Of a stretch of DNA of 64,000 nt, positions 39,315 to 52,260 are shown one piece after another. Position numbers and translations under genes: made by a program. The stretch's first letter is position 1. The number at the start of each line of letters is the position of its first letter. This stretch comes from Lingula anatina. Lineage: Eukaryota; Animalia; Brachiopoda. The notes beneath the pieces were generated by a model. It made no database searches and was not told where the DNA came from. It was given only the letters and a program-made list of their open reading frames with translations. The DNA lies in the NCBI GenBank assembly GCA_051362555.1, contig CM120641.1:30944401-31008400 (forward strand), written 5' to 3'.

Positions 39315-42300
39315 GCACTGACCTCTACTAAGACTACAAGGTTGTAGATATCGTAGGTGATGAAGAGTTTATAAATTAGCTGTCTTCAGTGAAATGATAA
39401 TCCAACAGACATACCTTCATCTCTGCTGAAATCAGAAAACACATCATCAATAAAGAATGTATGCAGACATACACAGTAGTTACAACACAAATATAACACA
39501 AAGATAAGATTATATTTAAACAGTCATACAATGATAAAACACACATATACAGTGATCAGAAAATACACAATCATATTTAGTGTCACAAAACACAATGCAC
39601 TGTGAGGCATCAGAATAAAAACAAAATTTAGTGTTTATTTATAGGGATTGAAATGACTGTCAGAAATTTTTGTTCGCCCCCACAAGTTGACATTATTTTT
39701 ACTTTGAACACAGATAAAACTGAGTAGGACCTAAGTGGCCCTTTTACAAAATGATAATTACCAAGAAAATATATATAGTGGTGCAGGTAAAAAGGGGATT
39801 GAAGAGAACAACAAAGTATAGCAATATCACTATTGCACTGACCTGTGCTGAGGCTGCAACGTTGTAGTCTTGATGTGATGATGAGTTTAGATATCCTTAG
39901 TATGATGATATCAAGGATATACACCTTCATTTCTGCTGAAATCATAGAACACAACATTAATTAAGAATATATACAGACATATACAGCAGTTACATCATAG
40001 ACATATCACAGTGATCAAAATATATATAAACACATACAGCCACAAAACAAACATGCATAGTGATCAGAATATATAGAGACACATACAGCATCACAACAGG
40101 CAGTACACAGGCTTCAGAATGTATGCAGGCATTTTTTTTCTAGTTGTGAGGGTCAAAAGGGATTGAAATGAACAACTAAGTAAAGCAATATTATTGTTGC
40201 ACTGACCTGTGCTGAGGCTGCAACATTGTAGATCTTGCTAGTGATGATGAGTTTATAAAAAAGCTGTCGTCAGTGTGATGATAATCCAGGATTCATACCG
40301 TCATATCCGTTGAAAACTCAGTGCCATCCCAAAACAACTCCTACAAGTTCATATCAACCCTTGTCAATTTGTACATATATAAAACTCAGTGGGATATAAG
40401 TTGCCCTTTTACAAAATGATAATTATACAGCTACTAATTATAGTTGTGACTGTCAAAAGGGGATAGAAGAGAACAACAAAGTATAGCAATATCATTATTG
40501 CACTGACCTGTGCTGAGGCTGCGATGTTGTGGTCTTGATGTGATGATCAGTTTAGATGTTGTAAGTATGATGATAATCAAGGAGATACACCTTCATCTCT
40601 GCTGAAATCAGAGAACACATCATTAATTGAGAATATATGCAGACATATACGGCAGTTACAACATAGACACATTACAGTGATCAAAATATATATAAACACA
40701 TACAAAACAGACATGCATAGTGATCAGAATATATAGAGACACATAAAGCAATGCAACAGGCAGTACACAGGCTTCAGAATGCATGCAGGAATTTTTTTCT
40801 AGTTGTGAGGGTCAAAAGGGTATTGAAGAGAACAACAAAGTATAACAATATTATTGTTGCACTGACCTGTGCTGAAGCTGTGACATTGTAGATCTTGCTG
40901 GTGATGATGAGTTAAAAATAAGCTGTCCTCAGTTGGATGATAATCCAAAAGACATACCTTCATCTCTGCTGAAATCAGAGAATACAGGCACATACAGTAT
41001 ACACAACACAGATATAATACAGAGATCAGAATATATTTAAACATTCAAACAATGACAAAGCAGACATATACAGTAAGCAGAATATATACAGACACACACT
41101 GTCACAAAAGACAATGCACTGTAAGGCATGAGAAAACATTAAATTTAATGTTTATATATAGGAATTGGAATGACTGTCAGAAATTCTTGTTCACATCCAC
41201 CAGTTCATATTAACCCTTAATTTTCACTCTGAACATATAAAAGACTCGGTGGGATTTAAGTGACCCTTTTAAAAATGATAATATGCAGGAAATTTCTTCT
41301 ATATACAGATTTTTCTCAGCGCCTTCCCACCCCAACCCCTATGAGTTCACATCAACCCTTGTCAATTTGAACATATATAAAACTGTGTGGGATCTAAGAC
41401 TGGGTTCCCATACCTTGATCAATCCATCCGGATCAGTCTAACTCCCTAAGGAGTCTCACTAGATTGCTATCAACTTAATCGACTTAATTGTCTGCCAGGG
41501 ATATCGAACCAACACGGGGGTAAAGATAATTACCCCCTTACAGCTTTTCTAAGTGTGATAGACATTTAAGACAGTTAAGTTGATAGCAATTTAGTCACAC
41601 TCCCCAGGGAGATAGATCAATCCAAATATCTGTGGGACTGTCCCCAAGTGACCCTTTTAAAAATGATAATTTCCCAGGAACTATATAAAGTGGTAAGGAT
41701 CAAAAGGGGATTGAAGAGAACAACAAAGTATAGCAATATCATTTTTGCGCTGACCTTTGGTAAGGCTGCGATGCTGGAGATCCTGATATGATGTTGAGTT
41801 TAGCTGTCCTCAGTGTGATGATAATCCAAAAGACACACCTTCATCTCCGCTGAAAAGAATATATGCAGACTTATACAGCAGTTGCAACACAGACACGTCA
41901 CAGTGATCAAAATATATATAAACACATACAGCCACAACATAAACATAGATAGTGATCAGAATTTATACAGACACATACAGCCTCACAAAATTCAATGCAC
42001 TCTAAGGCTGCATAAAGATAATTACCCCCTTACAGCTTTACTAAGCTCGACAGACATTTAAGACGGTTAAGTTTATAGCAATTTATTTAGACTCCCCAGG
42101 GAGATAGATCAATCCAAATATCTAGGGGATTGTCCAAAAGTGATCCCTTTAAAAATAATAATTTCCCAGGAATTATATAAAGTGGTAAGGATCAAAAGGG
42201 GAATGAAGAGAACAACAAAGTATAGCAATATCATTTTTGCACTGACCTGTGGTGAGGCTGCAATGCTGTAGATCTTGATGTGATGATTAGTTTACCTGTC

Positions 42301-42417
42301 CTCAGTGTGATGATAATCCAGAAGACACACCTTCATCTCCGCTGAAAAGAATATATGCAGACATATACAGCAGTTACAAAATAGACACATCACAGTGATC
42401 AAAATATATATAAACAC

Positions 42418-42682
42418 TTAAACCACGGCTAGCACGTAGAACAAAAGCCTGGCCGTGCTGTATTCGACATACATGCACATCATGTACGAGTGCGTTCCAC
42501 CGTCTGTTGCACTCCCGTTCCTCACTAGTGTAGTAGCCAATCAGAGGCCGTGGTTTAAGCCAGATACAACACTCGTCGCCGAGCTGTACGTGAAAATTAC
42601 TCGTGTATTGTCTCGCCTGCGGCTTGCCAATACACTCGTAATATTTCACGTACAGCTCGGCAACTCATATTGTATCTATCAC
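42418..42682. mobile_element. Double-hairpin (Crypton-like) element, copy 2
   Basis: Homologous to 17388-17643; inserted into the repeat motif taaacac|atacagcc. Confidence 0.75.
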
Positions 42683-44186
42683 ATACAGCCACAACACAAA
42701 CATAGATACTGATCAGAATAAATACAGACACATACAGCCTCACAAAATTCAATGCACTCTAAAGCATCAGAATATAAACATAAAATTTAATGTTTACATA
42801 CAGGGATTGGAATGACCGTCAGAAATTTTTGATTAGGTCCACGAGTTCACATTAACCTTTTAAACTCTGAACATATATAAATCTCTAGGTGACCCTTTTA
42901 CAAAACAAACATAGATAGTGATCAGAATATATATAGACACACACAGTGTCACAAAAGACAATGGTTTGTGAGGCATGAGAATACAAACATTAAATTTAAA
43001 GTTCATGCATATATGGGGTTTTAAATGACTGTCAGACATTCTTGGTCACCCCCACAAGTTCACATTAACCCTTTTAACTCTGAACATATATAAAACTGAG
43101 TGGGATCTAAGTGTCCCTTTAACAAAGTGATATATTCCCAGGTATTATATTATATAGTGGTGATGGTCACAAAGGGTTTGAATAGAACAGAGTATAATTT
43201 TTTTTTTTTTTGCACTGACCTCTACTAAGGCTACAAGGTTGTAGATATTGTAGGTGATGATGAGTTTATAAATAAGCTGTCCTCAGTGAAATGATAATCC
43301 AACAGACATATCTTCATCTCTATTGAAATCAGAAAACACATCATCAATAAAGAATATATGCAGACGTACACAGTAGTTACAACACAAACATAACACAGAG
43401 ATCAGAATATCTTTAAACAGTCATACAGTGATAAAACACACATATACATTGATCAGAAAATACACACACATATTTAGTGTCACAAAACACAATGCACTGT
43501 GAGGCATCAGAATAAAAACAAAATTTAGTGTTTATTTATAGGGATTGGAATGACTCAGAAATTTTTGTTCACCCCTCAAGTTGACATTATTTTCACTTTG
43601 AACATAGTTAAAACTGAGTAGGAACTAAGTGACCCTTTTACAAAATGATAATTACCAAGATAATATATAAAGTGGTGCTGGTCAAAAGGGGATTGAAGAG
43701 AACAACAAAGTATAGCAATATCATTATTGCACTGACTTGTGCTGAGGCTGCGATGTTGTGGTCTTGATGTGATGATGAGTTTAGATGTCCTAAGTATGAT
43801 GATATAATCAAGGAGATACACCTTCACCTCTGCTGAAATCAGAGAACACATCATTAATTAAGAATATATGCAGACATATACAGCAGTTACAACATAGACA
43901 CATCACAGTGATCAAAATATATATAAACACATACAGCCACAAAACAGACATGCATAGTGATCAGAATATATAGTGACACATACAGCATCACAACAGGCAG
44001 TACACAGGCTTCAGAATGTATGCATTAAATTTTTTCTAGTTGTGAGGGTCAAAAGGGTATTGAAGAGAACAACAAAGTATAACAATATTATTGTTGCACT
44101 GACCTGTGCTGAAGCTGTGACATTGTAGATCTTGCTGGTGATGATGAGTTTATAAATTAGCTGTCCTCAGTTGGATGATAATCCAA

Positions 44187-44411
44187 GGCTGTATTCCCAG
44201 AGATTTAGATTGATTCAAGGATTAAGATTTAGATCGACCTAACTCCCTGGGGGTTCAAACTAAATTGCAGTCAGCTGAGCACGCACCATAGCTAATTACC
44301 CCTTTACAGCTTACAGTAGGCGGGACAGACACTTAAGCCGGCTAAGCTGACAGTAATCTAGTGAGACTCCCTACAGGGATAGATCGATCTAAAATCTATG
44401 GAAGTGGGGTC
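44187..44411. mobile_element. MITE with asymmetric ends GGCTGTATTCCCA...TGGAAGTGGGGTC, TSD CAA
   Basis: Interrupts the repeat-B motif ataatccaagagac with CAA duplicated. Confidence 0.85.
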
Positions 44412-45657
44412 CAAGAGACATACCTTCATCTCTACTGAAATAAGAGAACAAATCATCAATATATAACATATACAGGCACATACAGTATATACAACACAGA
44501 TATAATACAGAGATCGGAATATATTAAACATTCAAACAATGACAAAACAGACATATACAGTAAGCAGAATATATACAGACACACACTGTCACAAAAGACA
44601 GTGTAAGGCATGAGAAAACATTAAATTCAATGTTTGTATATAGGAATTGAAATGACTGTCAGAAATTCTTGTTCACATCCATTAGTTCATATTAACCCTT
44701 TTCACTCTGAACATATAAACACTCTGTGGGATTTAAGTGACCCTTTTAAAAATGATAATTTGCAGGAAATTTCACCTATACAGATTTTTCTCAGCGCCTG
44801 CCCACTGCAACCCCTATGAGCTCATATCAACCCTTGTTAATTTGAACATATATAAAATTGTGTGGGATCTAAGACTGGGTTCCCATACCTTGATCAATCC
44901 ATCTGGATCGGTCTAACTCCCTAAGGAGTCTCACTATATTGCCATCAACTTAATCGACTTAATTGTCTGCCAGGGATATCAAACCAACACGGGGGTAAAG
45001 ATAATTACCCCCTTACAGCTTTTCTAAGTGTGATAGACATTTAAGACAGTTAAGTTGATAGCAATTTAGTCACACTCCCCAGGGAGATAGATCAATCCAA
45101 ATATCTGGGGGATTGTCCCCAAGTGACCCCTTTAAAAATAATAATTTCCCAGGAACTATATAAAGTGGTAAGGATCAAAAGGGGATTGAAGAGAACAACA
45201 AAGTATAGCAATATCATTTTTGCACTGACCTGTGGTGAGGCTGCAATGCTGTAGATCTTGATGTGATGATGAGTGTAGCTGTCCTCAGTGTGATGATAAT
45301 CCAGAAGACACTTCTTCATCTCCGCTGAAAAGAATATATGCAGACATACAGCAGTTACAAAATAGACACATCACAGTGATAAAAAAATATATAAACACAT
45401 ACAGCCACAACACAAACATAGATAGTGATCAGAATTTATACAGACACATACAGCCTCACAAAATTCAATGCACTCTAAAGCATCAGAATATAAACATAAA
45501 ATTAATGTTTATATACAGGGATTGGAATGACCGTCAGAAATTTTTGATTACGTCCACGAGTTCACATTAGCTTTTTAACTCTGAACAAATATAAATCTCT
45601 AAGTGACCCTTTTACAAAACAAACATAGATAGTGATCAGAATATATATAGACACATA

Positions 45658-45958
45658 GGCCGCATTCACATCGAGTTGAGCCATGGCTCTACAAAGCCAT
45701 GACCTAAATATGGCGGTTGTAAATGAAAGGAAAACTGCCTAATCTTTTAATAGTCCCTCCGTCCCTCACATGCCTCCCCAAGTATCATCCCAATGGAGCC
45801 AAGATTTGATGACTGTACCCCCGCAGGGACGATGCATGGGGAGGTGTGTGAAAGGCGGAGAGACTATTAAAATATTAGGCAGTTTTCCTTTCATGTACGT
45901 CCGCCATATTTAGGTCGTGGCTTTCAAGAGCCATGGCTCAACTCGATGTGAATGGGCC
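45658..45958. mobile_element. Fold-back Harbinger-type MITE (TIR GGCCGCATTCACAT), TSD ATA
   Basis: Almost the whole 301 bp is an inverted repeat; ATA on both sides. Confidence 0.9.
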
Positions 45959-46461
45959 ATACAGTGTCACAAAAGACAATGTATTGTGAGGCATGAGACT
46001 ACAAACATTAAATTAAAAGTTCATATGTAGGGATTTAAATGACTGTCAGAAATTCTTGCTCACCCCCACAAGTTCACATTAACCCTTTTAACTCTGAACA
46101 TATATGAAACTAGGTGGGATCTAAGTGTCCCTTTAACAAAGTGATATATTCCCAGGTATTATATTATATAGTGGTGATGGTTGGGTTTGAAGAGAACACT
46201 GTATAATTTTTTTTTTTTTTTTGCACTGACCTCTACTAAGGCTACAAGGTTCAAAGTATATATAAACACATACAGCCACAAAACAGACATGCATAGTGAT
46301 TAGAATATATAGAGACACATACAGCATAACAACAGGCAGTACACAGGCTTCAGAATGAATGCATTAATTTTTTTCTAGCTGTGAGTGTCAAAAGGGATCT
46401 AGTTGTAAGGGTCAAAAGGGGATTGAAGAGAACAACAAAATATAACAATATTATTGTTGCA

Positions 46462-48299
46462 CAAGGGGGGGGGGGGGGGGGGTCTGGGGTAGTGTATTCC
46501 GGAGGAAAAATTTTCATTATTTCATGCAAAAAGGGTGCAATTTCATGCAATCTGAAGCTCTTCAGTCCCACTAACAGCATAATGTAATGCAGGTTGCTAT
46601 GGTGTATTTAGGACCAGTTTACATCTATTTAGATTTATAAAAGTAGATCTCAGTTAAAAAAACAATCATTTCAAGAAATATTTACTTGCATACAAAAGTA
46701 AAAAATACATAAAAAACTGCAGCTCTGTGCATGACCAATACTGAAATGACTGCATATTAAGGCTGTATTCCCAGAGCTTTTAGATCGATCTATCCCCGCG
46801 AGGAGTCTCACTAGATTACTGTCAGATAATGTGGCTTAAATGTCCGTCCTGCCTACTACAAGCTGTAAGGGGGTAATTAACTTTCGTGTCCGCTCGACTG
46901 ACAGCTATTTAGCGAGAACCCCCAGGGAGTTAGGTTGATCTAAAGTAGATCGATCTAATCTGTGGAAATGGGGTCTAAGAACACAGTATAAATCTGCCAA
47001 CTTAATTTTGCATGTACAGCTTTGATTCAATATCTATACCCTTGCCCTCAGACACTATATTCGACATAGCATTCCTGAAAACACCAAAAATATCAGTACA
47101 AATGCACTAGACCTAAGACATGTCCGCAAATGGACAGTACTATACTGTCCGGTGGAGATTTATTGGGTTATAGAACTGAACTGGGGTCCGGGGTCTGAAG
47201 TGTAAATCTGGACTTCCTACAAAAAGTTTCCATTTTTGATTTTTTGCTAAATAAATATCCATGACATACTAGAGTAGACTAACGTTATACGGATATTCAA
47301 TTGTTTTTTGACATTTTAACATGAAAAAAAAACACACCCTTCTTGTCAGCAGTCACCTGTTGCCATGTATACGTAGTAAGCCGTGGGGGGTTGACGCCCG
47401 TTTTTCTTTTTTTCGGATCCCTCGGCTATTTCAATTTTCCATGGTCTTCTGTTACAGCCCTGATATTACTGGACACAGCAGTGTCTATGAGGTCCACCAT
47501 GGCTGTGGCGGACAAAACGGGGTCATTATCTTGATTCCTTTCAGGAGATTCATCTGCAGTACCAGTGGACGTGACCTCCACGTGTTTGTTTACCAACTCT
47601 AGGAACCACGTGAAAGAATTTTGTAATATTATGCGACCGCACATGTCTTCGGGGTGGCATTTTGATCCTTCATCAAACTGTGAAGAGAAACATCCAATGA
47701 AAAAGCCAAATACTGTACACGTGACTGAAGCTGACCTGATTTCGCGAGTAATCCAGATTGCATCTCATTAAATCATTATAACATAGCCCACGTGCAGGAC
47801 CAAATTTTGCGGGAAAATAGCACTGCATTCTTTCTGATCTTGCCACATGGATTCATTTATTTATAAATGATCAGGACTGCTACTATTCTTCAGTCAAAAT
47901 AACATGAAGGATAGACCATTTATTATATATCTCCAAAAATATAGATAAAGCAAACAAATCTCACAGAATTACATTGATGATGAAACTAATAAGCAGATGT
48001 TGATATTCAAAACTTGTCAGTGCCCAGATCCCGCGCCCTCAACATGAGATGTTAAAACTTGTATTACTGCACCAGGCAGAATAAAAATAAACAACTTAAC
48101 GTGCACACAAGAGATTCAAGTATGCACACAAGTCGTTTGCATCGCGACTGTCGGGAATAAAGGCATTAAAGGCATTGGGCACACACATTCTTCAAGGGTA
48201 TTGGAGTTCAAAGAATCGTAATGCCAAAAAAAAAAGAAGCGTACAACAAAAAGAGTTGCGTATCGTTGCCGATACGATAAAGGCCTGCGGAGAACCCTG
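46462..48299. mobile_element. Truncated hAT-like non-autonomous element with nested pieces
   Basis: Interrupts repeat B and ends in CCTGCGGAGAACCCTG (CAGGG-type TIR). The partner TIR is missing. Confidence 0.45.
46761..46975. mobile_element. MITE of the same family as 44187-44411, TSD TAA
   Basis: TAA-GGCTGTATTCCCAGAG...TGGAAATGGGGTC-TAA. Confidence 0.85.
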
Positions 48300-48724
48300 T
48301 AAACCTACATGACTTTATAAATTAGCTATCCTCAGTGTGATGATAATACATGAGACAAACCTTCTTCTCTGCTGAAATCAGATAACACATCATCAAGCAG
48401 ACTTACAAATATCATTCGCAAATAATAAACACGTATACTGCTTACCATGATAACCAACATGCAGAATCTTCGTGTCGTCTGAGAATTGGAAATGCACCGG
48501 AAACGCATCTGTGCAGATTCGGACTCCTTCTTGAGGAGAGTTGAGATAAACAAACAGTCGGGTTTACAAAGAGAAAAACCCCACCCCATTAATGCTAGAA
48601 ACTCTAATTCCCATTGACCAGGGACCAGGCTCGACCAGGATTCGACCCCAAAACTTTTGAGTATGGTGGCGATTGGGGGAATGTGTGTGTGTGTGTGTGT
48701 TTGGGGAGGGGGGGGGGGGGGGGG

Positions 48725-51700
48725 AACCAGGCTCGACCAGGATTCGAACCCAAAACTTTTGAGAACAGTGTGACTGCTTTACCAACTGAGCTACCCAGCC
48801 AGGGCCAACACACGCAACCCTATACAGGGGCTAGAGCCAGTTTTAACATCTTCGACTTTCCGATTGTGGTGGTTGAGCTAGACCAATCGCGACACACCGA
48901 TTGTACTAGTTCGGACCAATTCCAGTATGTTTAAAGTACTAGAGCCGATTTCGACAGCATCAACTTTCGGATTGTGGTAGTTGAGCTGGACCAATCGCTA
49001 GGCTGGTAGGAAAACTGCAGGTTCCCCCTGGGATTCGAACCTGGGACTCTTGCACACTGTCCAACCGCTCTACCAACTGAGCTACCCAGCCAGGGCCAAC
49101 ACCTGCCAGCCTCTACAGGGGCTAAAGCCAATTTTAACATCTTCGACTTTCCGATTGTGGTAGTTGAGCTAGACCAATCGCGACACACCGATTGTACTAG
49201 TTCAGACCAATTCCAGTATGTTTAAAGTACTATAGCCGATTTCAACAGCATCGACTTTCCAATTGTGGTAGTTGAGCTGGACCCATCGCTAGGCTAGTAG
49301 GAAAACTGCAGGTTCCCCCTGGGATTCGAACCTGGGACTCTTGCACACTGTCCAACTGCTCTACCAACTGAGCTACCCAGCCAGGGCCAACACCTGCCAG
49401 CCTCTACAGGGGCTAAAGCCAATTTTAACATCTTCGACTTTCCGATTGTGGTAGTTGAGCTAGACCAATCGCGACACACCGATTGTACTAGTTCAGACCA
49501 ATTCCAGTATGTTTAAAGTACAATAGCCGATTTCAACAGCATCGACTTTCCGATTGTGGTAGTTGAGCTGGACCAATCGCTAGGCTGGTAGGAAAACTGC
49601 AGGTTCCCCCTGGGATTCGAACCTGAGACTCTTGCACACTGTCCAACTGCTCTACCAACTGAGCTACCCAGCCAGGGCCAACACCTGCCAGCCTCTACAG
49701 GGGCTAAAGCCAATTTTAACATTCGACTTTCCGATTGTGGTAGTTGAGCTAGACCAATCGCGACACACCGATTGTACTAGTTCAGACCAATTCCAGTATG
49801 TTTAAAGTACAATAGCCGATTTCAACAGCATCGACTTTCCGATTGTGGTAGTTGAGCTGGACCAATCGCTAGGCTGGTAGGAAAACTGCAAGTTCCCCCT
49901 GGGATTCGAACCTGGGACTCTTGCACACTGTCCAACTGCTCTACCAACTGAGCTACCCAGCCAGGGCCAACACCTGCCAGCCTCTACAGGGGCTAAAGCC
50001 AATTTTAACATCTTCGACTTTCCGATTGTGGTAGTTGAGCTGGACCAATCGCGACACACTGATTGTACTAGTTCAGACCAATTCCAGTATGTTTAAAGTA
50101 CTATAGCCGATTTCAACAGCATCGACTTTCCGATTGTGGTAGTTGAGCTAGACCAATCGCGACACACCGATTGTACTAGTTCAGACCAATTCCAGTATGT
50201 TTAAAGTACAATAGCCGATTTCAACAGCATCGACTTTCCGATTGTGGTAGTTGAGCTGGACCAATCGCTAGGCTGGTAGGAAAACTGCAGGTTCCCCCTG
50301 GGATTCGAACCTGGGACTCTTGCACACTGTCCAACTGCTCTACCAACTGAGCTACCCAGCCAGGGCCAACACCTGCCAGCCTCTACAGGGGCTAAAGCCA
50401 ATTTTAACATCTTCAACTTTCCGATTGTGGTAGTTGAGCTGGACCAATCGCGACACACTGATTGTACTAGTTCAGACCAATTCCAGTATGTTTAAAGTAC
50501 TATAGCCGATTTCAACAGCATCGACTTTCCGATTGTGGTAGTTGAGCTGGACCAATCGCTAGGCTGGTAGGAAAACTGCAGGTTTCCCCTGGGATTCGAA
50601 CCTGGGACTCTTGCACACTGTCCAACTGCTCTACCAACTGAGCTACCCAGCCAGGGCCAACACCTGCCAGCCTCTACAGGGGCTAAAGCCAATTTTAACA
50701 TCTTCGACTTTCCGATTGTGGTAGTTGAGCTGGACCAATCGCGACACACTGATTGTACTAGTTCAGACCAATTCCAGTATGTTTAAAGTACTATAGCCGA
50801 TTTCAACAGCATCGACTTTCCGATTGTGGTAGTTGAGCTAGACCAATCGCGACACACCGATTGTACTAGTTCAGACCAATTCCAGTATGTTTAAAGTACA
50901 ATAGCCGATTTCAACAGCATCGACTTTCCGATTGTGGTAGTTGAGCTGGACCAATCGCTAGGCTGGTAGGAAAACTGCAGGTTCCCCCTGGGATTCGAAC
51001 CTGGGACTCTTGCACACTGTCCAACTGCTCTACCAACTGAGCTACCCAGCCAGGGCCAACACCTGCCAGCCTCTACAGGGGCTAAAGCCAATTTTAACAT
51101 CTTCGACTTTCCGATTGTGGTAGTTGAGCTAGACCAATCGCGACACACCGATTGTACTAGTTCAGACCTATTCCAGTATGTTTAAAGTACAATAGCCGAT
51201 TTCAACAGCATCGACTTTCCGATTGTGGTAGTTGAGCTGGACCAATCGCTAGGCTGGTAGGAAAACTGCAGGTTCCCCCTGGGATTCGAACCTGGGACTC
51301 TTGCACACTGTCCAACTGCTCTACCAACTGAGCTACCCAGCCAGGGCCAACACCTGCCAGCCTCTACAGGGGCTAAAGCCAATTTTAACATCTTCGACTT
51401 TCCGATTGTGGTAGTTGAGCTGGACCAATCGCGACACACTGTTTGTACTAGTTCAGACCAATTCCAGTATGTTTAAAGTACTATAGCCGATTTCATCAGC
51501 ATCGACTTTCCGATTGTGGTAGTTGAGCTAGACCAATCGCGACACACCGATTGTACTAGTTCAGACCAATTCCAGTATGTTAAAAGTACAATAGCCGATT
51601 TCAACAGCACCGACTTTCCGATTGTGGTAGTTGAGCTGGACCAATCGCAAGGCTGGTAGGAAAACTGCAGGTTCCCCCTGGGATTCGAACCTGGGACTCT

Positions 51701-52260
51701 TGCACACTGTCCAACTGCTCTACCAACTGAGCTACCCAGCCAGGGCCAACACCTGCCAGCCTCTACAGGGGCTAAAGCCAATTTTAACATCTTCGACTTT
51801 CCGATTGTGGTGGTTGAGCTAGACCAATCGCGACACACCGATTCTACTAGTTCGGACCATTTCCAGTATGTTTAAAGTACTAGAGCCGATTTCAACAGCA
51901 TCGACATTAAAATTGTGGTAGTTGAGCTGGACCAATCGCTAGGCTGGTAGGAAAACTGCAGGTTCCCCCTGGGATTCGAACCTGGGACTCTTGCACACTG
52001 TCCAACTGCTCTACCAACTGAGCTACCCAGCCAGGGCCAACACCTGCCAGCCTATACAGGGGCTAGAGCCAGTTTTAACATCTTCGACTTTCCGATTGTG
52101 GTGGTCGAGCTGGACCAATCGCAACACACCGATTGTACTAGTTCGGACCAATTCCAGTATGTTTAAAGTACTAGAGCCGATTTCGACAGTATCGACTTTC
52201 CGATTGTGGTAGTTGAGCTGGGCCAATTGCTAGGCTGGGAGAAAAACTGCAGGTTCTTCC
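48725..52260 (-). repeat. Tandem array of ~11 tRNA-derived (SINE-head-like) units, 291/399-bp period
   Basis: Minus strand GGCTGGGTAGCTCAGTTGGTAGAGC...GGTTCGAATCCC (A and B boxes), separated by 108-bp-type spacer subunits. Acceptor and anticodon stems are broken. Confidence 0.9.

Noticed and set aside
48840-52230. CRISPR-like repeat-spacer array (recurring ccgattgtggtagttgagct)
   Set aside because: The spacers are themselves repeated, the context is eukaryotic, and there are no cas genes.
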